From the IMG/VR virus record IMGVR_UViG_3300010361_000017, positions 1 to 47,116 of that record: 47,116 nucleotides of DNA; one strand, given 5' to 3'. Source of the DNA: a virus (lineage: Duplodnaviria > Caudoviricetes). The position numbers were made by a program, and so were the translations under genes. Shown one piece after another: positions 1 to 7,398 of this stretch. Below the pieces are notes generated by a model, which had not been told where the DNA came from, did not search any database, and was given only the letters and a program-made list of their open reading frames with translations. How positions within the stretch are numbered: the first letter of the stretch is position 1; the number at the start of each line of letters is the position of its first letter.

Positions 1-1327
1 AGTCTCCTATCTCAAGTGGTTCCTGATCCCGCCAGTTAGGCCCAAAGCTGGGTTCTGCCGGGATCCAAAATCCGTCCATTTCAGGAATCGGTGCTTGCAT
101 GTAGGCTACAACCGTACGAGCCACTTCGGCACGGTACCGTTTAGGGCTGCTAACCTCGACGCTATCATGTACTCCAAGCATGACGCGAGCCGGATGTGGA
201 GGCGTGCAAGTACACGTAAACCGTTCCAGCACACTTGGCAGAGGAAGTAAAGCATGAGAAATGAGCAGGTCCAAAGCTGTGCTTTGAGGATGGAAGGCAA
301 GTGCCTCGTTACGCTCCGCAAAGCTAAAGCGACGTGTCCTGTGATAGTTCGTGAAGAGGACCCCTGTCCGCGACACCTCGGTCTCGATCCAGTGATGGAA
401 CTGTTTGATCTCCGGTTTATCTTCAAGGTACCTGTCAAGATACTTCCTTGCTTCGTCAAGCGTCCAGCCGTACTTCTCAGCCAGCGTTTTATATCCGAGT
501 CCATTGCTTACTCCGTGTGGGAAGTATTTTGCCTTCAGGAGGTCGGTTGCAATGATGTCTGGTCTACGGTACCGTTTATGGGGTGGACACCCATCCCTGA
601 AGAATGGTCGTTTGAAGAGGTCCTGGTATACGATACCATGAATATAATCACCTTGCTCCTTAATCTCCAATAGGCGCCTGCACTTAGAGTACCATGCCTC
701 CATCCACAACTCCACCTGAGAGTAGTCCACGTGAAGCCAGTCGTGTTCAGGGCAATCAGGAAGAAAGATATCTCGATCATCATCCGTGATGTTATAAAGA
801 CTAGGCTCCGCCTGTACCAACCTTCCGCTTTCTGAACGATGCACAAGGGTTTTGGGATGCGCATATCCGTCGGGTCCTACCCTTTCTAGGATTTGGAGTC
901 TCATCTTGCTGTTTCGCAGGTCGTAGAGGAGCTTTACCACTTCCGGGCAGTCTGGATTGGGTACTTTGTTGGGTACGTCTAGGTAGATGATACTATCCAG
1001 TGCGTCGCTATCGGTGGTCAGACTTTGGTTGATACTACCATCCGCCTTCTTTTTGCGGTTGTACTTTGGCGGAATGCCTAAGGGACCGTAAAGTAACTCG
1101 GCACATTGTTTCGGACTCGCCCAGTCCACGGTAGGGAACAGGCTGTTCCAGAGCTCGGTGTTATGATCAAGCGCCCGCCGGTGAAGCAGTTCCTTCTCCA
1201 TACAAAGTCTTTGATCGGTCCGGACCCCGTGGGTCTGCCACTTGAAGACCTCGTCGAGGAGCCGCATACCGTGATGATTGTACAGGTCCTCAAGGCTGTG
1301 AATCGGCACAATTCCGCTGGTTGTCAT
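1..1327 (-). CDS. polA: DNA polymerase family A, polymerase domain only (runs off the window end; absent from the ORF track)
   Basis: Hand translation from ATG 1327 (SD GAGGT; ATGA overlap with upstream stop) is open to base 1: MTTSGIVPIHSLED...WASPKQCAELLY...ESGRLVQAEPSLYNI...motif A HVDYSQVELW...motif B LLKAKYFPHGVSNG...PQSTALD...motif C MLGVHDSVEV...FGPNW. Confidence 0.93.
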   Translation of the reverse strand, partial: MTTSGIVPIHSLEDLYNHHGMRLLDEVFKWQTHGVRTDQRLCMEKELLHRRALDHNTELWNSLFPTVDWASPKQCAELLYGPLGIPPKYNRKKKADGSINQSLTTDSDALDSIIYLDVPNKVPNPDCPEVVKLLYDLRNSKMRLQILERVGPDGYAHPKTLVHRSESGRLVQAEPSLYNITDDDRDIFLPDCPEHDWLHVDYSQVELWMEAWYSKCRRLLEIKEQGDYIHGIVYQDLFKRPFFRDGCPPHKRYRRPDIIATDLLKAKYFPHGVSNGLGYKTLAEKYGWTLDEARKYLDRYLEDKPEIKQFHHWIETEVSRTGVLFTNYHRTRRFSFAERNEALAFHPQSTALDLLISHALLPLPSVLERFTCTCTPPHPARVMLGVHDSVEVSSPKRYRAEVARTVVAYMQAPIPEMDGFWIPAEPSFGPNWRDQEPLEIGD

Positions 1328-2421
1328 ACCGCACCTCTTATCATCCGAAGCATCGGAAGGTAACAATCATAGGTGTTATAGGTATCCCGGAGGTTATAGA
1401 TAGGTTCGGTCTGGCCTGGAGGGGCCCAGATAACCTGTCCCCTTTTCTTCTGGGGTTTCCATCGACGTCCAGCTGCGAACAAGGAGGCAGCGGTAGCCAG
1501 GTTCTTGGGTCTTGCCTGAGGAAACAGAAAGTACAGTGCGATCATCACATCAAAGATCTTGTTCCGGATAGGGAAGTGGGTTCCCAAGTGCCAGGCATCG
1601 AATTGTTTGTTAAACATCACGCAGGTCAGAGATGGATCACCAAAGAGCGGTGCGGTAAGCGGAAGATATTCCGGATGCACTACCAAGCCTTCATGACTGG
1701 CACAGCTCAGTCCGAGGAGTTTAATCTCCGTTTGAACCGTGGCGACCTGATAAACATCGGTTTCATCATCTACCACCTTATCCGGGGTTTCAATATCTGC
1801 TGCAAAGACCCCTCGTGACTTACACTTCAGGATGTAGTCCACCACCTCCTGTTCGGTTGGGTTCAGATTGAGCCGTTCGGTTGGGTTCCAATCCGCTTGT
1901 GCAAGCCTCCAGGCTTTCCGGAGGTCGCGTTCAAAGTACCACGAAAGGAAGCCTCCGCTACGTGCAACGCCAGCTGGATGGAAGGTGCTGATATACATCA
2001 GGCCGTTATGTCGCTCAACGTACCCCCTCCACTTCCCAATGCCTTGTTGACCCGTTAGCATACTCATTGAGAGGTCACCAAGCGGTTGGACAACCTTAAG
2101 TTGTGGCAGGGCAGCTAGCTCATCCTGTAGGAAATGATTGCAACAAGCGGCCTCCTGTTGAGTCGGATCCCGGTCAAGTGGTGTCCTGCACTTGACAATA
2201 TTTGTTACAAAGCACTCACGTCGCGGAATCCCAAGCGATTGTAAGGCTCGGTTCATATACCTGCCCGCATTCCCTGTAAATGGTGTCCCTTCTCGGATCT
2301 CCTCCGCTGCCGGGTTCATCCCAACGAGTGCAAGGCGGGAGGAGCCAGGTCCCACCCCAAAAATAGGTCCTGGCTCCTTGTACAACGGGCAGGCTTTACA
2401 GCTGTCTGGTTTCTCGTACAT
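1324..2421 (-). CDS. Family-4 uracil-DNA-glycosylase-like domain fused to PolA-type 3'-5' exonuclease
   Basis: CKACPL, GMNPAAEE, PFTGNAG, TNIVKCR, ACC, TFHPA (UDG-4/Fe-S pattern), then ExoI AADIET, ExoII FNKQFD, ExoIII YNLRD; SD AGGAG. Confidence 0.9.
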   Translation of the reverse strand: MYEKPDSCKACPLYKEPGPIFGVGPGSSRLALVGMNPAAEEIREGTPFTGNAGRYMNRALQSLGIPRRECFVTNIVKCRTPLDRDPTQQEAACCNHFLQDELAALPQLKVVQPLGDLSMSMLTGQQGIGKWRGYVERHNGLMYISTFHPAGVARSGGFLSWYFERDLRKAWRLAQADWNPTERLNLNPTEQEVVDYILKCKSRGVFAADIETPDKVVDDETDVYQVATVQTEIKLLGLSCASHEGLVVHPEYLPLTAPLFGDPSLTCVMFNKQFDAWHLGTHFPIRNKIFDVMIALYFLFPQARPKNLATAASLFAAGRRWKPQKKRGQVIWAPPGQTEPIYNLRDTYNTYDCYLPMLRMIRGAV

Positions 2422-2424
2422 GCG

Positions 2425-2970
2425 TCATCTCCTAAGTAGATCAAAGAACCTTGCCTGGAGCGCGGTGTCGGTTTCAAACTTGCCGGTTACAGCATAGGTT
2501 GCAAAATCACCTTCGGTCCTAACACCCCTGATTCTGGCGCACATGTGTCTTCCACGGACGTAACTAGCTGTAGGGCTTCCGCCAGTAAGATCGCTAAGGT
2601 CTTTTGCGATACGGTGAGTGAACTCTTCCTGAAGGAGGGGTCTGCCATTCGCGAAGTTGACAACCCTAGCAAGCTTGCTGAGTCCGAGTACCTTACCTCG
2701 AGTTGGAAGGTAGGCGATACTGCATGTGAGTTTAACAGGCAGAAGGTGATGTGGACATAGGCTCCAGAGACTGTGGTTCCTGAGAAGCACCATGTTGCAG
2801 TAGTACTCATCTGGGAAGACCTCCCAGTTCGGTTCCTCCCGTTGACCGAACATTTCCTGGTAGAACCGAGCCACTCGTTCCGGTGTCTCCAGGAAGTTCC
2901 GGTTCCCGAGGTCTACCCCTAGCCCACGAAGCAAGAGGGTCACCCCCTGTTCGATCAGTAAAGGGTTCAA
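2425..2970 (-). CDS. folE: GTP cyclohydrolase I
   Basis: ETPERVAR, SLCPHHLLP, GLSKLARVV, LQEEFT, HMCARIRGV. Start placed at TTG 2970 where FolE-like sequence begins (ORF track extends to 3138); start uncertain. Confidence 0.93.
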   Translation of the reverse strand: MNPLLIEQGVTLLLRGLGVDLGNRNFLETPERVARFYQEMFGQREEPNWEVFPDEYYCNMVLLRNHSLWSLCPHHLLPVKLTCSIAYLPTRGKVLGLSKLARVVNFANGRPLLQEEFTHRIAKDLSDLTGGSPTASYVRGRHMCARIRGVRTEGDFATYAVTGKFETDTALQARFFDLLRR

Positions 2971-3274
2971 GAGCGTCTGCTTCGATGAGCGAGAAGCATC
3001 CCCAGGCTGCCGCTGCAAGGTGATCCTCCGTCTGACAGCCTTCGTCGCGGGCACGGAGGAGATGATCGATGATGTGATCAAAGACTTGGGTGTTCCATTT
3101 TGGGGATCTGAGTCCCTTTTGCCAGTTCCAGGCTCCATAGTTTACCTCTCCGAGTTGGTATCTTGCAGCGAGTCGCCGCAATGCGTTGCTTGGGATTAGG
3201 TCGTAACGTGGTGCTTGACTGGAGCGTTTGGCACCTGAGGTGTCGATCCAGTCCTGTTGTAGTGCGTTGCTCAT
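2807..3274 (-). CDS. dATP/dGTP diphosphohydrolase-like protein (DUF5664 type)
   Basis: SGAKR..PRYDLIP..ALRRLA..YQLG..NYGAWNWQKG..DHIIDHL..EDHLAAAAWG pattern; SD AGGAG. Confidence 0.85.
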   Translation of the reverse strand: MSNALQQDWIDTSGAKRSSQAPRYDLIPSNALRRLAARYQLGEVNYGAWNWQKGLRSPKWNTQVFDHIIDHLLRARDEGCQTEDHLAAAAWGCFSLIEADALEPFTDRTGGDPLASWARGRPREPELPGDTGTSGSVLPGNVRSTGGTELGGLPR

Positions 3275-3552
3275 ACGTTAAGATCTCCTATGTCTGTGGT
3301 GTAGGTAGTGAGCTGGTCCCTGAGGCGTTCGAACTCCGTTTTTGCAAGTCTGGGGCTCAGGTAGTCCTTTGGGCCGATGACGGTTCCGTCTACCTTAACA
3401 GCGATAACGGACCACGTTTGGACGCCGGCGATGTAGCGTTCCTTTAGGAACACCTTCCAAACCGCCATTTTGGTCACGAAACTATCGAGGACTGGTGCAG
3501 CCAGCACCGCCTTGATATCCCGCTGATGTGCACTCCTTTTCCCGTTCTTCAT
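3271..3552 (-). CDS. hypothetical protein
   Basis: 93 aa ORF coupled by ATGA overlaps to both neighbours. Confidence 0.7.
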   Translation of the reverse strand: MKNGKRSAHQRDIKAVLAAPVLDSFVTKMAVWKVFLKERYIAGVQTWSVIAVKVDGTVIGPKDYLSPRLAKTEFERLRDQLTTYTTDIGDLNV

Positions 3553-4247
3553 CTTAGTCCCAGGAACTTGTGGAGCTGGACGCTTAGTCTCCAGTTAGGA
3601 TGGTCCCTCAGGAGACTGATCGCCCGCTCCAGATTATCCTGATTTACCTCCTTATCGAGATTGATCGGTTGGACCCAAACGTTCGGATGGTTCAGTACCT
3701 CCACCGGAAGATGTTTCGGGAAGTCTTGGTCTACAAGGAGTTTCAGTTCCTGTGCGGATGTGAGGACGCCCAGGAGGTAACCTCCTTTTGGGCTGACCGT
3801 GACCCAAACATGGTTGTAACGCATCAGATCGGTCCAAGGGATGGTCCCGCTGGTCTCAATATGGACCCATTTGTCAAGATCCAGGATCATCCGGATCAGT
3901 GGAAGGATACGGTTCAGTTGTGCAAGTGGCTCACCTCCCGTGAAACAAATATGGTCCTCACGGCACTGGCCGAGGAGTTCCTCGTAGGTCGCGTGTTCAT
4001 GTACGCTAAAATCCGTGTCGCAGTAGAAGGGTCGGCCGTCGTGGGTACGGCAGGTCCAGGCAGGTGCACCACCTGTAAGGAAGGTCCGGCCGTCTGCGCT
4101 TGCAGGTAGGGAGGGTAGTGCTGTGTCCTTAAGGCGACCTACGGTGCAACCTGCAAGCCGGATGAAATACATCGGAGTACCTGTCCAAGTACCCTCCCCC
4201 TGGATACTGTGGAAGGTCTCCGCGAGTGCGAGTTGGTTAGCCTTCAA
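3549..4247 (-). CDS. queE: 7-carboxy-7-deazaguanine synthase (radical SAM)
   Basis: ETFHSIQGEG..G.PMYFIRLAGC, CDTD, FTGGEP, IETSG, TVSPK, WRLSVQLHK; TTG start with GGAG SD. Confidence 0.93.
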   Translation of the reverse strand: MKANQLALAETFHSIQGEGTWTGTPMYFIRLAGCTVGRLKDTALPSLPASADGRTFLTGGAPAWTCRTHDGRPFYCDTDFSVHEHATYEELLGQCREDHICFTGGEPLAQLNRILPLIRMILDLDKWVHIETSGTIPWTDLMRYNHVWVTVSPKGGYLLGVLTSAQELKLLVDQDFPKHLPVEVLNHPNVWVQPINLDKEVNQDNLERAISLLRDHPNWRLSVQLHKFLGLR

Positions 4248-4437
4248 AGTTGTACTCTCCTTTCTTTACCTTTACCCACCTGCCCGCATCGTTAAGTTGC
4301 TGGAAGCTGTCGGAAACATACCGGAGAACGATGATGGTGTCGTCCTCGGAGAGCTGTTTGAGTTGGGTTTCGTTTACATTCAGGATGTATGGAATTCCGA
4401 GATCGTGTTCGCTAACCACAAGTACTTTTTGTTTCAT
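4237..4437 (-). CDS. hypothetical protein
   Basis: ATG 4437 (MKQKVLVV) preceded by AGGAG; fills the gap between queD and queE. Confidence 0.65.
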   Translation of the reverse strand: MKQKVLVVSEHDLGIPYILNVNETQLKQLSEDDTIIVLRYVSDSFQQLNDAGRWVKVKKGEYNFEG

Positions 4438-4837
4438 GGGACTCTCCTGAGGATGGGATGTAGGTGCAATGGACTGTTTCGGTTTCCTGAACGTCAACTG
4501 CGAGGAGGAGAGGGAACTGACCCTTCCACCTGTTATAGAGGTAGTGTGAGAGACATTCCGCTGTGGTGTTGATCAAGGCGCCGTTTTCAAGCTCCTCCCG
4601 GAAGACCTCGTTCAGGTCCTGATGATCGAGCTTCTGATCAATCCAGAAACGAATCGGGTGGAGGTCACCGTAGTCCTGGACCCAGCCAACACCATCTGGT
4701 GCAAGTTCGGTGCTGCTGAGGGTAAAGGCGACGGTGTAGTTATGTCCGTGTTGACGGCCACAGGGATGGTCTTCTGGGACCCTGAGGAGGTGGTGTGCTG
4801 CACTGAATCGGAACAGTTTACTAATTGCCCAGGCCAT
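4412..4837 (-). CDS. queD: 6-carboxy-5,6,7,8-tetrahydropterin synthase
   Basis: FRFSAAHHL, CGRQHGHNY, DYGDL, LDHQDLNE, TTAECL, ETE; start at 4837 or 4858. Confidence 0.93.
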   Translation of the reverse strand: MAWAISKLFRFSAAHHLLRVPEDHPCGRQHGHNYTVAFTLSSTELAPDGVGWVQDYGDLHPIRFWIDQKLDHQDLNEVFREELENGALINTTAECLSHYLYNRWKGQFPLLLAVDVQETETVHCTYIPSSGESHETKSTCG

Positions 4838-5028
4838 GATGTTAGGAAGTCCTCCCATAGTGAGATGAAGTCTGCGGTGCAGCCGATGCAGAGGTGCTCC
4901 CCGATTTCACGGTTGGTGTGGAGCATCGTGCTCGAAACGCCGTCGTGAAACAGCAAGGACAGCGTGGTGTGCAGGTCGTGCGTACAAGGTTCCTTACATC
5001 GCGCACATTTTTCGGTGTAGTGAATCAA
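4612..5028 (-). CDS. putative zinc-binding protein (CxxC...CxxC)
   Basis: TTG 5028 after AAGGGG; CARC...HLCIGC; 3' part overlaps queD in another frame. Confidence 0.5.
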   Translation of the reverse strand: MIHYTEKCARCKEPCTHDLHTTLSLLFHDGVSSTMLHTNREIGEHLCIGCTADFISLWEDFLTSWPGQLVNCSDSVQHTTSSGSQKTIPVAVNTDITTPSPLPSAAPNLHQMVLAGSRTTVTSTRFVSGLIRSSIIRT

Positions 5029-5045
5029 GGAGCACCCCTTTCGGT

Positions 5046-5558
5046 CTAGAGCGGAACGTCTTCGGACGGTCCGGTAAAGGAACCGACTGCGGCTGCAGTT
5101 GACCGGCTTGCAGGCAGAGGTTCGTTGATCGACTTGAAGTTCCACGGTGCAATCCTGCTCCTGAGTTGTTTGCCCTCCGGCGCTTCCTTCAGGCTGGCGG
5201 GCGCGGGAGTCCCACGGTTGGTTGTCGGATCAAACAGTTCCCAATCGACCAGTCCGTAGATCTCACAGTCGTTGATGGTCTCCGGGTCGTGACCTTCGCG
5301 TCCCGGACGGTAGTTACACGCTTTGTAGATTGCCTTGAGTCCTCCCAGGGCGTGCGGTTGAAGACTGCAGTACTGGATGTGCATTTGTCCCACCTCGGGT
5401 TCGTCCTGACACACGAAGTGGTAGACCCAACTCTTTGCTCCTGGGGTATTCTTACTGTCCTGCTCCCCTTGACTCTCAATACGGAAACGGTGCCAACCCC
5501 GGCTTACAGGCACTCCGAAGTCAGCAACCTGTTCCATATCGTGACTATAACGCGGCAT
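5046..5558 (-). CDS. single-stranded DNA-binding protein (DUF669-like)
   Basis: PVSRGWHRFRI N-terminal pattern, low-complexity linker and acidic-hydrophobic tip (SEDVPL); near an AAA_24 ATPase; SD AGGAGG. Confidence 0.65.
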   Translation of the reverse strand: MPRYSHDMEQVADFGVPVSRGWHRFRIESQGEQDSKNTPGAKSWVYHFVCQDEPEVGQMHIQYCSLQPHALGGLKAIYKACNYRPGREGHDPETINDCEIYGLVDWELFDPTTNRGTPAPASLKEAPEGKQLRSRIAPWNFKSINEPLPASRSTAAAVGSFTGPSEDVPL

Positions 5559-5574
5559 TGTGTGTTCCTCCTGT

Positions 5575-5766
5575 TTAAGTATGGCTTGCAGTGATAGTCT
5601 GCAAGGCAGATTGAAGCACGTTCTTTAGGCGTACCTCAAAATTCGGGAAGGCGACATCGTACTGTTGACGGTCCTGTACGATCAGTCGCGGGCCTTCGTA
5701 GACGAGTAGCTTAACATACGGCCAGTCGTCACGGATGGTGAACTGATACTGAAGTAGGGTTGGCAA
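5575..5766 (-). CDS. hypothetical protein
   Basis: TTG 5766 after AAGGAG; 63 aa. Confidence 0.55.
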   Translation of the reverse strand: MPTLLQYQFTIRDDWPYVKLLVYEGPRLIVQDRQQYDVAFPNFEVRLKNVLQSALQTITASHT

Positions 5767-6676
5767 CTTGAAGCTCCTTTCGTCGAGTTGTGATCTCCTG
5801 CCAGAGATACGGCCAGAAGGGTGGGCAGTATCCCGCACCGTAGTTCCAGGGCCTCCCTTGTCCGCCACCCCAGGTGGTTGGGGCTAGGGATTCTAGTGTA
5901 CCGGTTCGGTCCTTTACCTCCCAGTAAGCGCCGCCACCACCTACGGTTTCGCGGATGGCGACGAGAGTTGGGGCACCGTTCAGGACACGGCTCCTAAGGA
6001 TCACATCCGGCAGGCGCCCTGCACGGCGTGCCCATTTACCGGTTAGGTCAGGTAGTCCCTTTATGCTGGTCGGTTCTGCAGCTTGAAGCTTGCCGCCTGG
6101 TCCGGCTACGTAGGCACCCTTGGTGTACTCCCTGTCAAGTTCCTCGTGGGCAGTGACCAGGATCTGACAGCCAAAAGCGAGGCTGTACCACTGAAGGACC
6201 CGCATCAGCTTTCCGAAGCGTTCGCCTGCCGGGTTCCAATCACTCAGTTCCATCAGTTCGTGTCCGGAAACAGCTTTTGCTTTACTTGCACATGCACGTT
6301 CCAGGCCGCTGGCACTGTCGATAATCAGGCTCCTCCAGCGTGGATCAAAACTGAGGATACTCTTCTCTGCTGCCTCAAAGGTTTCAGGGTCCTCAGGATC
6401 GTAGTGTTGAACCTTACATCGGGGGCCTAGCTTGAGGATCTCCTGCTGGATGCTTAGGGTACCGAGGTCGAAGTCCTCGATCCTAAGGGGTGATGGGAAG
6501 GTACCTGCAAAGCGAGTTTTCCAGGTACCGTACTCACCGAACACAAGCCAGAATAGGCCGTCCCCTCCGAGGCCTACTCGGCGGAGGGGACGATGTTCCT
6601 CGTGTCCTTGGTTTGTTTCGAGATGTTTCCCACAGGCACCACACCACCAGTGGATGTTATCGGGCAGGGTCCTCAT
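5729..6676 (-). CDS. AAA_24 / Sak4-like P-loop ATPase (recombination)
   Basis: Walker A GEYGTWKT, DFDLG, Walker B LIIDSAS, VTAHE; N-terminal CxxC..H motif. Confidence 0.8.
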   Translation of the reverse strand: MRTLPDNIHWWCGACGKHLETNQGHEEHRPLRRVGLGGDGLFWLVFGEYGTWKTRFAGTFPSPLRIEDFDLGTLSIQQEILKLGPRCKVQHYDPEDPETFEAAEKSILSFDPRWRSLIIDSASGLERACASKAKAVSGHELMELSDWNPAGERFGKLMRVLQWYSLAFGCQILVTAHEELDREYTKGAYVAGPGGKLQAAEPTSIKGLPDLTGKWARRAGRLPDVILRSRVLNGAPTLVAIRETVGGGGAYWEVKDRTGTLESLAPTTWGGGQGRPWNYGAGYCPPFWPYLWQEITTRRKELQVANPTSVSVHHP

Positions 6677-7398
6677 GCTTCCTCCAGGAGAGGATCGTTC
6701 AGGTTTGCGTCCGCGAAGCCTTTTGCGCGGACGGTGCAGGCGCCGCAGGTTTGACAGGGCCTGCCGTCCTCGTCAGGGTTGTAACATGACCATGTGAGAT
6801 GCCAGGGTACTTCGAGGCTTTCACCGAGCAGGACAATTTCCTTTTTGCTTAGGTGAAGGAGAGGTGCCCAGAGCCGAAAGGTTGCTTTTTCGTGTGGCCG
6901 GCCAAGTGCGAACTGAAGCGCTGTTTGAAGGGCATCCACGAACTCTGGGGTGCAGTCGGGGTAACCACTCCAGTCCACTGCGTTCACCCCGGTGCCTACG
7001 GTGTTGATTCCGAGGGTGTAGGCAAGTCCGGCAAGTGCGCTCAGGAGGATTGCATTACGTGCAGGGAGCCAAGATGGGGCTACGCCAGGATCGGGTAGGA
7101 CAGGCGCCTCAGCATCGCTGTACCTGCCTGTAGGGTTCAGGAGTGCGCTTTGCGTGAAGTTCTTTAGGGGAAGTTCACGTACAGACCAGAAACGGATCTT
7201 GGTCAGCTTGGCAAGCGCCTGAGCACCGCTGAGTTCCTTGTGATGTGACTGTCCGTAGTCGATTGAACACGCGAAGATCTCCTCCGGTGGATGATTACTG
7301 AGTGCGTAGTAGAGGACTGTTGCGCTGTCCATCCCTCCGCTTAGGCTGATTAGGATCGGACCTTCAGGCGCCCGAGGGCACCGTACATCATTTGACAT
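6673..7398 (-). CDS. queC: 7-cyano-7-deazaguanine synthase
   Basis: SGGMDS PP-loop, YGQSH, PARNAILL, YPDCTPEF, TWSCY, CQTCGAC. Confidence 0.95.
   Translation of the reverse strand: MSNDVRCPRAPEGPILISLSGGMDSATVLYYALSNHPPEEIFACSIDYGQSHHKELSGAQALAKLTKIRFWSVRELPLKNFTQSALLNPTGRYSDAEAPVLPDPGVAPSWLPARNAILLSALAGLAYTLGINTVGTGVNAVDWSGYPDCTPEFVDALQTALQFALGRPHEKATFRLWAPLLHLSKKEIVLLGESLEVPWHLTWSCYNPDEDGRPCQTCGACTVRAKGFADANLNDPLLEEA

Noticed and set aside
106-1311. ORF-track short ORFs in 1-1320
   Set aside because: Alternative frames of the long polymerase ORF, which the track missed because it has no stop within the window.
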